This document shows, piece by piece, positions 17,656 through 26,425 of a DNA stretch of 44,904 bases. The translations under genes were made by a program, and so were the position numbers. The notes below the pieces were generated by a model. It was not told the origin of the DNA. It searched no databases and saw only the letters and a list, made by a program, of their open reading frames with translations. The first letter of the stretch is position 1. Each line of letters starts with the position of its first letter. Source of the DNA: an uncultured Ignavibacteriota bacterium (GTDB lineage: Bacteria > Bacteroidota > Ignavibacteria > UBA10030 > UBA8401); contig CAIVNT010000208.1 in assembly GCA_903907305.1 (NCBI GenBank), positions 1 to 44,904 on the forward strand, given 5' to 3'.

Positions 17656-19503
17656 TTATTCTTCGATCACATTTTTCTTCTTTGACGCGCGGTTCCGTTC
17701 ATTCTGATCGAGGATCTTTTTTCGGATGCGGATGAAATTCGGAGTGACTTCAACGTATTCATCATCGCCGATCCATTCGATTGCCTGCTCCAGCGTCATC
17801 AACAGCGGCGGTTCAAGACGGACAGACTCGTCGGTTCCCGATGCACGCATATTCGTCAGCTGTTTTGCTTTGCAGACGTTCACCGTCATATCGCCTTCGC
17901 GCGAGTTCTCGCCGACGATCATTCCGGAATAGACTTTCGTCTGCGGATTAATGAAGAATGTCGAGCGGTCCTGCAGTTTGAACATTCCGTATGCAACCGA
18001 TTCGCCGGTCTCGAGAGAGACCAATGCTCCGCGGGTGCGGTGAGAAAGTTCCCCTTTGAACGGTTCATATCCCTGGAAGTTGTGATGCAGAATTCCCGTT
18101 CCTTTTGTCTGTGTCATGAATTCGTTACGGAAGCCGATCAGTCCGCGTGCCGGTACGAAGAATTCCAGACGGGTGTTTCCGTTGGCAGAGATCATATTCT
18201 TCATCTCCCCTTTACGCTTGCCGAGATTCTCGATCACGGTTCCGGTGAATTCATCCGGTACGTCGATGATCACATGTTCGATCGGCTCGCAGAGCACATC
18301 GTCGATCCGTTTATAGATCACCTGAGGACGGGAGACCTGAAGTTCGAATCCTTCGCGGCGCATATTTTCGATCAGCACGCCGAGATGCAGTTCGCCCCGC
18401 CCGCTCACTTTGAACGCATCCGGTGTATCGGTGAGTTCAACCTGGAGAGAGACGTTCGAACGAAGTTCTTTCATCAGACGTTCTTGAAGATTTCTCGTCG
18501 TGACATATTTTCCATCCAGACCGGCGAACGGTGAATTGTTCACGACAAAATTCATTGTCAGCGTCGGTTCTTCGATGGCCACGAACGGCAGCGGTGTCGG
18601 GTCTGCAGCATCAACGATCGTCTCGCCGATGTCGACATCTTCCATTCCGGAAATTGCAATGATATCGCCCACGCTTGATTCTTCGATCTCAATGCGCTTC
18701 AATCCTTCGAATGTGTACATTTTTGCTACGCGTGCATCTTCCGTAACACCGTTACGGTGAATGATCTTCATCTGGTTCTTGATATGGATCGCACCGCGGT
18801 GCACTTTACCGATACCAAGGCGGCCGAGATAATCGTTGTAGTCGATGGTGGTGACAAGCATCTGGAACGGAGCATTGATATCGCCTGTCGGAGGCGGGAT
18901 CTTGGAAACGATCGCATCGAACAGCGGTTCAAGCGAAGTTCCTTTGTCCTCCAATTCCAGCTGTGCAATACCCTGTTTGGAGATCGCATAGATGGTGGGG
19001 AAATCCAGCTGCTGATCGTTCGCGCCGAGGGATAAGAACAATTCAAACACTTCATCCAGAACTTCATGAGCACGGGCATCTTTACGGTCGATCTTGTTGA
19101 TGACAACGATCGGCTGCAGATTCAGATCCAGCGATTTTTTCAGAACGAATTTTGTTCCCGGGAGCGGTCCTTCGGATGCGTCCACGAGCAGGAGCACGCC
19201 GTCTACCATCTTCAGTGTGCGTTCCACTTCGCCGGCAAAGTCCGAGTGACCAGGAGTGTCGACGATGTTGATCTTATATTTTTCTTTTGTGGTCTTGTCT
19301 GTATAGAAAACCGAAGTGTTCTTTGCGAGGATCGTGATACCGCGTTCTTTTTCCTGCGCATTGGAGTCCATGACGCGCGTTTCCATATGCTGGTTCTCGC
19401 GGAATGTTCCGGTCTGTCTCAATAATTGGTCCACCAGTGTGGTTTTGCCATGGTCAACGTGTGCGATGATGGCGATATTACGGATATTGCTTTGTTTGAA
19501 CAT
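17656..19503 (-). CDS. typA: Translational GTPase TypA/BipA
   Basis: IRNIAIIAHVDHGKTT, ERGITILAKN, DTPGH, NKID, GRGELHL, and C-terminal EVTP..IRIRK. Confidence 0.98.
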   Translation of the reverse strand: MFKQSNIRNIAIIAHVDHGKTTLVDQLLRQTGTFRENQHMETRVMDSNAQEKERGITILAKNTSVFYTDKTTKEKYKINIVDTPGHSDFAGEVERTLKMVDGVLLLVDASEGPLPGTKFVLKKSLDLNLQPIVVINKIDRKDARAHEVLDEVFELFLSLGANDQQLDFPTIYAISKQGIAQLELEDKGTSLEPLFDAIVSKIPPPTGDINAPFQMLVTTIDYNDYLGRLGIGKVHRGAIHIKNQMKIIHRNGVTEDARVAKMYTFEGLKRIEIEESSVGDIIAISGMEDVDIGETIVDAADPTPLPFVAIEEPTLTMNFVVNNSPFAGLDGKYVTTRNLQERLMKELRSNVSLQVELTDTPDAFKVSGRGELHLGVLIENMRREGFELQVSRPQVIYKRIDDVLCEPIEHVIIDVPDEFTGTVIENLGKRKGEMKNMISANGNTRLEFFVPARGLIGFRNEFMTQTKGTGILHHNFQGYEPFKGELSHRTRGALVSLETGESVAYGMFKLQDRSTFFINPQTKVYSGMIVGENSREGDMTVNVCKAKQLTNMRASGTDESVRLEPPLLMTLEQAIEWIGDDEYVEVTPNFIRIRKKILDQNERNRASKKKNVIEE

Positions 19504-19523
19504 TGTTTTTCCTGAAAATGACC

Positions 19524-19531
19524 CAAACTTA
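19524..19531 (-). promoter_or_regulatory. Bacteroidota-type -7 promoter element for typA
   Basis: TAAGTTTG on the minus strand, 20 bp upstream of the ATG. Confidence 0.55.
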
Positions 19532-19585
19532 CAAAGAATGATTACGACAGGACTTTGTGGCTTTGGGTGAGAATTGAACTCTATT

Positions 19586-19619
19586 AATAAAAAACGTCCC
19601 GAATTGCGTGCGGGACGTT
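19586..19619 (-). terminator. Probable intrinsic terminator after the 71-aa gene
   Basis: AACGTCCCG/CGGGACGTT stem followed by a T-rich tract on the minus strand. Confidence 0.55.
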
Positions 19620-19715
19620 CAATTGACTGCATTAATATACAAAATTTTCTTTAAAAAACCTCTGGTGCCTTGTTATCCTGTCATTAAATTACAGTAATGT
19701 ACAGCGTAAGGTGAT

Positions 19716-19931
19716 TTATGCGCGAAAATCAATCGATTTGTATGTTTTCGGCAGATTGCCGTCCTCTTTTTTTTCAGTCTTTTTGACCGTAGAGACTGTT
19801 TTTGCAATGTCTTTTGCTTCGGTATTGATCTTATCGCTCAACGCCTTTTTGGCAACCTGGTGCTTCAGCTGATTCTCCGCCAGTTGCGTCGTGATGACAA
19901 CTGGGGAAAGGGAAACGGATCCGGTGATCAT
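19716..19931 (-). CDS. Small protein, possibly YjfB-like
   Basis: Strong GGAGG RBS; VAKKAL segment and C-terminal SIDFRA resemble the YjfB putative motility family. Confidence 0.55.
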   Translation of the reverse strand: MITGSVSLSPVVITTQLAENQLKHQVAKKALSDKINTEAKDIAKTVSTVKKTEKKEDGNLPKTYKSIDFRA

Positions 19932-20069
19932 AATAGTACCTCCATTTACTATACATCAAAATGATACTAATGCTGTGCCAGTAAACATCTGCCGAAATCC
20001 GTCGGATTTCGGGAAAACAATTCAGGAGCGTTGAATCTGAATATGTAAATTGAACAAATTATATAAAAA

Positions 20070-20107
20070 ATTCGGTAGAGACGGATAATTATCCGTCTCT
20101 ACCGAAT
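20070..20107. repeat. GTAG REP palindrome downstream of the RAYT gene
   Basis: Perfect 38-bp palindrome with core GTAGAGACGGATAATTATCCGTCTCTAC (20075-20102). Confidence 0.9.
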
Positions 20108-20116
20108 ACGGTAAGG

Positions 20117-20659
20117 TCAATCACCGGACAAAAATGATTCATTCGAACCATTTTTATTTTTTAACCAATTCATTGGATTATTTGTGATGTATTGCCGAAT
20201 CACCTGTAGTTCATTTTCGTTTCGGACGATTCGGTCATAGTATCGAGATTGCCAGGCAAAAGTAATATCATTCATTGTAGCATATTTTTTTACCGATGCT
20301 TTATAACCGCGGATAATGGAAGGAAGATTCTTTGATTGCGGTCCAAACCGGTTTGGTTTCCACAAATGATGCTCCGGATTGTTTATCAACAATACTCCAT
20401 GCACGTGATCGGGCATGATTACAAATTCATCCAATTCAACGAAAGGAAAATGCTGCGGGATTTCGTACCAATATTTTTGAGCAAGAGATCCAATTTCTGT
20501 CGTCTGCAGAGCGGTGACGTCATTTGCCGAAGCTATTTTTCCAAAATAGTGCTGTTTGTCTTTTGTGCAGATGGTTACAAAATATAGTCCTGCAGAGCCG
20601 TAGTCCCATCCCTTTAACCGATTGGAAGGGATTCGATATTTGTTTTTATATTCTTCCAA
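20117..20659 (-). CDS. REP-associated tyrosine transposase (RAYT, Y1/HUH family)
   Basis: RLKGWDY..G.YFVTICT, HUH motif MPDHVHG, WQSRYYDRIVR, catalytic Tyr in YITNNP; TTG start; flanked by identical REPs. Confidence 0.93.
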   Translation of the reverse strand: MEEYKNKYRIPSNRLKGWDYGSAGLYFVTICTKDKQHYFGKIASANDVTALQTTEIGSLAQKYWYEIPQHFPFVELDEFVIMPDHVHGVLLINNPEHHLWKPNRFGPQSKNLPSIIRGYKASVKKYATMNDITFAWQSRYYDRIVRNENELQVIRQYITNNPMNWLKNKNGSNESFLSGD

Positions 20660-20667
20660 AATATATT

Positions 20668-20703
20668 ATTTGTAGAGACGGATAATTATCCGTCTCTACA
20701 AAT
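20668..20703. repeat. GTAG REP palindrome upstream of the RAYT gene
   Basis: 28-bp core at 20672-20699 identical to 20075-20102; supplies the TAG stop of the amidase gene. Confidence 0.9.
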
Positions 20704-21313
20704 TTGGTTTTATATTAATTTGGACATGATTTTTGAAATATCCGTTTTCGATGTACCGATACAGATTTTTTCCCGGACAGACCGTTTTCGATGAATAATC
20801 CTTATGCGCGCGGATGGAATCAACCGGTACAGAATATTTTACAGAAAGATATGTCATCATCCTCACGACAGCATCGAGCTGTTCCTGGCTCGGTTCCACT
20901 TCCTCAAAATTACCGACGACCTCGATCAGTGCATGTCCGGTCGGATCGTATTCGGTGTTTGTGTCGCCGGCGTAATCGATCTTACGTCCTTCGTAGATCG
21001 TTCCGTTCAGATCGATGATGTAATGATACGGGATGTCGATCCACTTCTTCTCGTTGCGGGACCATTTCTGAAGATTGCGGAGGTATTGGACCGGGTCCTT
21101 TCCTTTGGGGAATGGTTCGCCCTGATGATGGAGGGTGATGTGTGTGATGGTATGTTTCCGTGCGAGAGAATCGACGGCCGGTGTGCCGCCCCAGTCATTC
21201 ATGGTGATGATGGAGTGTTCAACTTCGGCGGCGGAGAATTGTTTTGATGAAGCGCATCCTTCAATGAGAAGGAAAGCAATGAACGCGGAAGAAAAGAACA
21301 GAAGATGTTTCAT
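20696..21313 (-). CDS. N-acetylmuramoyl-L-alanine amidase (Amidase_2/PGRP-like) lipoprotein
   Basis: Lipobox IEGC, ITLHH, DIPYHY...IYEGR, H-K-D...CPG zinc ligands. Confidence 0.9.
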   Translation of the reverse strand: MKHLLFFSSAFIAFLLIEGCASSKQFSAAEVEHSIITMNDWGGTPAVDSLARKHTITHITLHHQGEPFPKGKDPVQYLRNLQKWSRNEKKWIDIPYHYIIDLNGTIYEGRKIDYAGDTNTEYDPTGHALIEVVGNFEEVEPSQEQLDAVVRMMTYLSVKYSVPVDSIRAHKDYSSKTVCPGKNLYRYIENGYFKNHVQINIKPNL

Positions 21314-21340
21314 ACAGGTTTTTTATGAAATGTACTCCGC

Positions 21341-22390
21341 TTATGCCGGAACCGCAAAGTATTTCTTCTTCATCCATAATGCCGCATTCACGAGTGCGAG
21401 AAGTACCGGCACTTCTACCAGCGGACCGATCACCGCGGCAAAGGCTGCGCCGGAATGGATGCCGAAAACAGCGATGGCAACGGCGATAGCAAGTTCAAAA
21501 TTATTACTGGCGGCAGTGAAAGAGAGAGTGGTCGTTTTTTCATAACCCGCTCCGCTTCTTTTGCCAAGATAGAATGAAACGGAGAACATGATCACAAAAT
21601 AAATAACAAGTGGTATTGCAATGCGGACGACATCCATCGGGATCGCAACGATGTATTCACCTTTGAGCGAGAACATCACCATAATGGTGAAGAGCAGAGC
21701 AATGAGCGTCAACGGGGAGATCTTGGGAATGAATCTCTGCAAATACCATTCTTTCGATTTGAATTTCAGCAGAGTGTAACGGGTGAGCATTCCGGCAATA
21801 AATGGGATTCCGAGATAAATGAAGACGCTTTCTGCTATCTGTCCAATGGTGATATCAACGACAAACGTCATCAAACCGAACCAGGCCGGGAAAACGGTAA
21901 GAAAAAGATATGCATAGACAGGAAAGAAGAGCACCTGAAAGATGGAATTGAATGCGACAAGTCCGGCAGCGTATTCCGTGTCACCTTGCGCAAGTTCGTT
22001 CCAGACGATGACCATGGCAATGCACCGTGCCAGTCCGATCATAATCAATCCCGCCATATACTCGGGATAATCGCGCAGAAAAATAATTGCAAGAACGAAC
22101 ATCAGTACCGGACCGATGAGCCAGTTCTGCACGAGGGACAACAGAAGGATTTTTTTATTCTTAAAGACATCGGAGAGTTCTTCGTATTTCACTTTTGCGA
22201 GGGGCGGATACATCATTAAAATGAGTCCGATGGCAATGGGAATATTCGTCGTACCGCTACTCAAAGAACTCCAGAACGGCACGATGCCCGGAAAGAAATA
22301 GCCGGAGAAGACACCGATGAGCATTGCAGAGATGATCCAAACGGTGAGATATCGGTCGAGGAAAGAGAGTTTTTTCGTGAGCGAATTCAT
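21341..22390 (-). CDS. acr3: Acr3-family arsenite efflux transporter
   Basis: [43 protein letters not shown]. Confidence 0.97.
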   Translation of the reverse strand: MNSLTKKLSFLDRYLTVWIISAMLIGVFSGYFFPGIVPFWSSLSSGTTNIPIAIGLILMMYPPLAKVKYEELSDVFKNKKILLLSLVQNWLIGPVLMFVLAIIFLRDYPEYMAGLIMIGLARCIAMVIVWNELAQGDTEYAAGLVAFNSIFQVLFFPVYAYLFLTVFPAWFGLMTFVVDITIGQIAESVFIYLGIPFIAGMLTRYTLLKFKSKEWYLQRFIPKISPLTLIALLFTIMVMFSLKGEYIVAIPMDVVRIAIPLVIYFVIMFSVSFYLGKRSGAGYEKTTTLSFTAASNNFELAIAVAIAVFGIHSGAAFAAVIGPLVEVPVLLALVNAALWMKKKYFAVPA

Positions 22391-22426
22391 GTGTTCCCTA
22401 AAAGTTGTATCGCAAGAAAGTACGTT

Positions 22427-22571
22427 TGTCACACTGAGCGGAGTCCCCCGTCTTAACAAATTCAACGAACGGGGTGCCGCTCACTATAAAAATAGGGCGG
22501 CAGAAGTGTGACAGATCATAAAGAATCATGCCTCCCTACGGGATCGTAGATCGGCTCCGCTCGGCATGACA
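22427..22571. repeat. TGTCA...TGACA-bounded element between arsC and acr3
   Basis: TGTCACACTGAGCGGAGTC pairs with GGCTCCGCTCGGCATGACA; internal CCCCG/CGGGG, TGCCGC/GCGGCA and TCCCTACGGGA hairpins. Confidence 0.75.
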
Positions 22572-23000
22572 TTAGTATTTTATTTTTAAGATGACTTCCA
22601 GATAAAAATCATGGAACCCTGTTTTGATCTCGTCGCGGATACGTCTGAATTCTGCGAGGATTTCTCCGTCTGTTCCTTTTGCTTCAGCCGGGTCATCGAA
22701 ACCGATATGGATACGGTGTTTTACGTTGCCGATGAACACAGGACAAGTCTCTTTCGCGTTCCCACAGACAGTGATGACATAATCGAAAGATTGAGATATT
22801 AGTGAATCGACCGTTTTTGGATAATTCTTCGATAGATCAATGCCGATCTCGTTCATCACCGTTACTGCAAGAGGGTGAACGCGTGACGCGGCTTTCGTTC
22901 CGGCAGATAATACTTCCCACGACGGATCAAACGATTTTAAAAAACCTTCCGCCATTTGCGAGCGGCAGGAGTTTCCGGTGCAGAGGATGAGGATACGCAT
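22572..23000 (-). CDS. arsC: Arsenate reductase (LMW-PTP/thioredoxin type)
   Basis: CTGNSCRSQMAEG, VITVC...CP, FDDPA. Confidence 0.96.
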   Translation of the reverse strand: MRILILCTGNSCRSQMAEGFLKSFDPSWEVLSAGTKAASRVHPLAVTVMNEIGIDLSKNYPKTVDSLISQSFDYVITVCGNAKETCPVFIGNVKHRIHIGFDDPAEAKGTDGEILAEFRRIRDEIKTGFHDFYLEVILKIKY

Positions 23001-23006
23001 ACAGAG

Positions 23007-23072
23007 TAATGGATAGTTGATAATGGAGAATTGAAAACGGAAAACGGACAATTATCAATTATCCATTTCAAT
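23007..23072. repeat. Inverted array of 7-bp units
   Basis: TAATGGA TAGTTGA TAATGGA GAATTGA AAACGGA AAACGGA followed by complementary CAATTAT CAATTAT CCATT. Confidence 0.65.
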
Positions 23073-23093
23073 AGCTTTTACAAAATAATTGAT

Positions 23094-23906
23094 CTACGGT
23101 TTTTCAGCATACACCGTAATACTGAAGATCCCCGCACCGCTCTTGCGGTATTCGAGCGCCTCTTCAAGCGAGATATATTTCACAAGCAGTTCGTTCGGAA
23201 TGTTGATCTCGCGGTCTTTCTGTACAGTGATGTTGATGAAGCCGGCACCTCTGATCGTCTGAAGATATTCTTCCTTCTGCTGTGCGCCCGAAACGCATCC
23301 GGCGTACATTGTAGCGGCGGAACGAATATTGTCCGGCAATTCGCCTTTCAGAACGATATCCGAAATAGAGAAGTGTCCGCCCGATTTCATAATTCGGAAA
23401 GTTTCGGAGAATGCTTTGTGTTTGTTGGGAACGAGATTCATTACGCAGTTACTGACGACGACATCGGCAGTGTTGTCTTCTACCGGCATATTCTCGATAT
23501 CGCCGAGACGGAACTCCACATTCGTGTATCCGAGGAGCTTCACATTTCTGTTCGCTTTTTCGAGCATCGGCACCGTCATGTCGATGCCGATCACATGTCC
23601 GCTCTCGCCGACGATGGAGCGCGCGACGAACGCATCATTGCCGGCGCCGGAGCCGAGGTCCACAACAATATTTCCCGGTTTGATCTGCGCGAATTCCGTG
23701 GGGAGTCCGCAGCCGAGTCCGAGATCAGCAGTTGCAACATAGCCGGGGAGATGAGAATAATCCTCGGACATGACGGTAAAGTCAGAATTTGTTGTGCAGC
23801 ATCCACCGCTGCCGCAGCATGATGTTTCGTTTTCTTCCTTCGATTGGAGAGCGATCTCGCCGTATTTTTCTTTCACAAGGTCTTTCAGTTCCTGATTGGT
23901 AGACAT
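23094..23906 (-). CDS. arsM: Arsenite S-adenosylmethionine methyltransferase
   Basis: LGLGCG-P, DLGSGAG, SNCVMNL, GCVSGA; N-terminal CCGSGGCC. Confidence 0.96.
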   Translation of the reverse strand: MSTNQELKDLVKEKYGEIALQSKEENETSCCGSGGCCTTNSDFTVMSEDYSHLPGYVATADLGLGCGLPTEFAQIKPGNIVVDLGSGAGNDAFVARSIVGESGHVIGIDMTVPMLEKANRNVKLLGYTNVEFRLGDIENMPVEDNTADVVVSNCVMNLVPNKHKAFSETFRIMKSGGHFSISDIVLKGELPDNIRSAATMYAGCVSGAQQKEEYLQTIRGAGFINITVQKDREINIPNELLVKYISLEEALEYRKSGAGIFSITVYAEKP

Positions 23907-23929
23907 AATACATACCTCTATATTTTGTA

Positions 23930-23956
23930 GTAGGGACGGGATAATCCAGTCCCTGC
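23930..23956. repeat. GTAG REP-like palindrome between arsR and arsM
   Basis: GTAGGGACGGGATAATCCAGTCCCTGC, imperfect palindrome resembling the RAYT-flanking REP. Confidence 0.7.
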
Positions 23957-23964
23957 AGTGGTTG

Positions 23965-24285
23965 TTAACAGCACTTCTTCATTGTTACCAGGAACTCTCC
24001 AAGCATGGACTGCATCTCGTTCCATCCTTTTTCATCCAGGCAGTAGCAGACCGATGTTCCGTCGATGGAACCTTTGATGAGTCCGGCATTCTTCAATTCA
24101 CGCAGATGCTGCGATACAGTGGATTGTGAGAGCGGGAGTACTTCGACGATATCGCCGCACATACAGGAATTCGATTTGGAGAGATATTCCACGATCGCCA
24201 CGCGGGCAGGATGCGCGAGTGCTTTGGCGTAGCCGGCGAGCCGGTTCTGTTTGAGAGTGAATTCTTTTGTTTTTGAGAGTCCCAT
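23965..24285 (-). CDS. arsR: ArsR-family repressor
   Basis: [25 protein letters not shown]-terminal CC. Confidence 0.95.
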   Translation of the reverse strand: MGLSKTKEFTLKQNRLAGYAKALAHPARVAIVEYLSKSNSCMCGDIVEVLPLSQSTVSQHLRELKNAGLIKGSIDGTSVCYCLDEKGWNEMQSMLGEFLVTMKKCC

Positions 24286-24296
24286 AGGTGTCTTTA

Positions 24297-24318
24297 TCTA
24301 TCGTAATATTACGATAGA
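24297..24318. promoter_or_regulatory. Putative ArsR operator
   Basis: Perfect 22-bp palindrome TCTATCGTAATATTACGATAGA, 11 bp upstream of the arsR start. Confidence 0.8.
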
Positions 24319-24389
24319 AGTTTCATGAAAGCAAGACAAATTATTAAATAGAACACGGAAAGAACGGATTTTCGCAGATAATTTGTTGG

Positions 24390-24422
24390 ATTGAACCGTT
24401 TGCTTAAAGCGAACGGTTCAAT
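24390..24422. repeat. Palindrome downstream of the M24 gene (REP-like or terminator)
   Basis: ATTGAACCGTTTGCTTAAAGCGAACGGTTCAAT. Confidence 0.6.
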
Positions 24423-24449
24423 GACGGACACCTATCCGTGGTCTATTTG

Positions 24450-25139
24450 CTAGACAGAAAGTAGCTGTTCGAAGAAACCGCCGAAGGTCCGTTCTTTGTT
24501 GACGAAGTGAACTTCCAGGATCCAATCGCGGGGATTCCCCTGAATGTCGAGTTCGGAGAGTTTGATGGGATTGTCGGGATGAAGATAGTTGTGCACTTCG
24601 TCGCCGAGGATCCGCTCATGCGGAAAATTTCCAATGAGATGGCCGCAATGGATGTTACCGAATTCCCATCCGTATTTCGGTGCGAGTGATGAGATGAATT
24701 GATAATACTGTGCGCCGGTCAATTCGTCTTTGTGTTCGTCGTAATATTTCTTTCCGTCATTCCAGGCGGACTCAATATCATTCTTCAATTTGATCTTCTG
24801 CGGATCTTTTCCCAAGACATACGTCCTTCCGAAATCCGCTTCCCAATCTTCAAATACGGGACCAAAATCGAAAAAGAGAATGTCATCGGATCGGATGGTC
24901 AGGTCCGGCGGATTCTCTCGGTAGGGAAGCAGCGTATTTTTTCCCGTGCGGACGATCCGTTTGTGCCAGTATTTTCGAATGCCGAACATTTCGAATGCGA
25001 GTTCATACACTTCGTCATTCAACACCTGCTCGGATTTCTCAGATACGATGAGTCCGCGCGATTCTATTTCGCGGAACAAATGTTCTGCTTTTTGTTGTGC
25101 TTCGAGTAATTGTTGTTTCCGTGGAGAGAGTTCACTCAT
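24450..25139 (-). CDS. M24-family metallopeptidase, catalytic domain only
   Basis: DFGP...EADFGRT, GH-IG, LE-H, FFEQ metal ligand pattern. Confidence 0.85.
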   Translation of the reverse strand: MSELSPRKQQLLEAQQKAEHLFREIESRGLIVSEKSEQVLNDEVYELAFEMFGIRKYWHKRIVRTGKNTLLPYRENPPDLTIRSDDILFFDFGPVFEDWEADFGRTYVLGKDPQKIKLKNDIESAWNDGKKYYDEHKDELTGAQYYQFISSLAPKYGWEFGNIHCGHLIGNFPHERILGDEVHNYLHPDNPIKLSELDIQGNPRDWILEVHFVNKERTFGGFFEQLLSV

Positions 25140-26338
25140 TGTCTGCCCCCGAAAAAATAAAGCATCATATCGGGGAAACGTTCACGCCAGCTCGCCCACT
25201 CATGTCCGTCATTCACTTCCTTATAATAGTGCGGTATGCGGAACGAGGTGAGGAGTGAATCATAACGGCGGTGTATTGTCAGAAAATCGAGATGATCAAA
25301 ATCGCTGCCGGTCATCGGAATATCATACCGACCGCAATCCATATAGATTCTCAATCCTGCGGGAAATTTTCCTGCGGCAGCGGCAACCCGTGTTCGTTCA
25401 GAGAGTACCGTTGTAATTGAACCGGATTGGATCCCGGCATTCCCGAAGAGCTCAGGATACGTAAGAGCCGTTGTAAGGGTGATCGAACCGCCGTCGGAGA
25501 TTCCGGTCATTGCCCGATACGAAGGAGTGCGGCTGGTTCGATACATTGCATCAATAAGCGGTACTAATTCCTTAGCCAGATAAGCGGCGAAGCGGTCCAT
25601 TGCATTTCCCACATACTCATTTTCCCTGTTCACCGGAGGAATGAACACAGCGATGACTGGCGGAATTTTTCCTTCGGCTATAAGATTGTCCAAAATTGTC
25701 GGAACGAGTGCATAGTCGATCGCTTCGAATCCGTCGTGCACGTACACGGAAGGAAGAGCGGCGAGTGTGTCATATCCCGCAGGTCTGTAGACCTTAATGG
25801 GACGGCGAGCGATAAAATAATGATTCAGCGGTGCGGGGATGTTCACCAGCGGTGCAATCGAATCGATCACACCATGCCAGATATCACTTCTATAATAGAT
25901 GTAGGGTGTCCGAATGAATTTCGGCATCTGCACTTCGGAGTGCAGTCCGAATCCGCTCGGAGTGATGCGCGGATTCTGCGGATCGGTCCTGAATTTGCCG
26001 TTGATAATCAGCTGATAATCCAAACGGGCATCGGATGGGACAATGAATGTTGAATGAAAGAATGAGAACTCACCACATGATATTTTTTGGAGCGGAACGG
26101 CGTTCTGCCATTGCTGAATATTTCCAATCACTGCAACGGACTCCGCGGCACCGTACAGAACAAAGTGCAGAATTGAATCCTGTTCGATGATCGGCGAGGT
26201 CTTCTTGGTGTTCAGATACTGCTCGATGATCTTCCTGCGCTGTTCGACCGGGGATTGTTCCAGTTTCTGGATGACCGATTCGAATGTTTGCGCGGAGAGA
26301 AACGATGCGAAAATGAAAATACGTAAGACATGTCTCAT
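25136..26338 (-). CDS. Secreted esterase (enterochelin esterase-like alpha/beta hydrolase)
   Basis: Signal peptide, Ig-like N-domain with DPQNP, VYRPAGY, G-I-S-D-G nucleophile elbow, GHEW. Confidence 0.85.
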   Translation of the reverse strand: MRHVLRIFIFASFLSAQTFESVIQKLEQSPVEQRRKIIEQYLNTKKTSPIIEQDSILHFVLYGAAESVAVIGNIQQWQNAVPLQKISCGEFSFFHSTFIVPSDARLDYQLIINGKFRTDPQNPRITPSGFGLHSEVQMPKFIRTPYIYYRSDIWHGVIDSIAPLVNIPAPLNHYFIARRPIKVYRPAGYDTLAALPSVYVHDGFEAIDYALVPTILDNLIAEGKIPPVIAVFIPPVNRENEYVGNAMDRFAAYLAKELVPLIDAMYRTSRTPSYRAMTGISDGGSITLTTALTYPELFGNAGIQSGSITTVLSERTRVAAAAGKFPAGLRIYMDCGRYDIPMTGSDFDHLDFLTIHRRYDSLLTSFRIPHYYKEVNDGHEWASWRERFPDMMLYFFGGRQ

Positions 26339-26425
26339 AGTAGTCTCTGATTCATACAACGATGTGTCTAACGATTGCAAGGCAAACTGTTACACTTCGG
26401 CTTCGCTCAGCGTAACTGTATTTCG

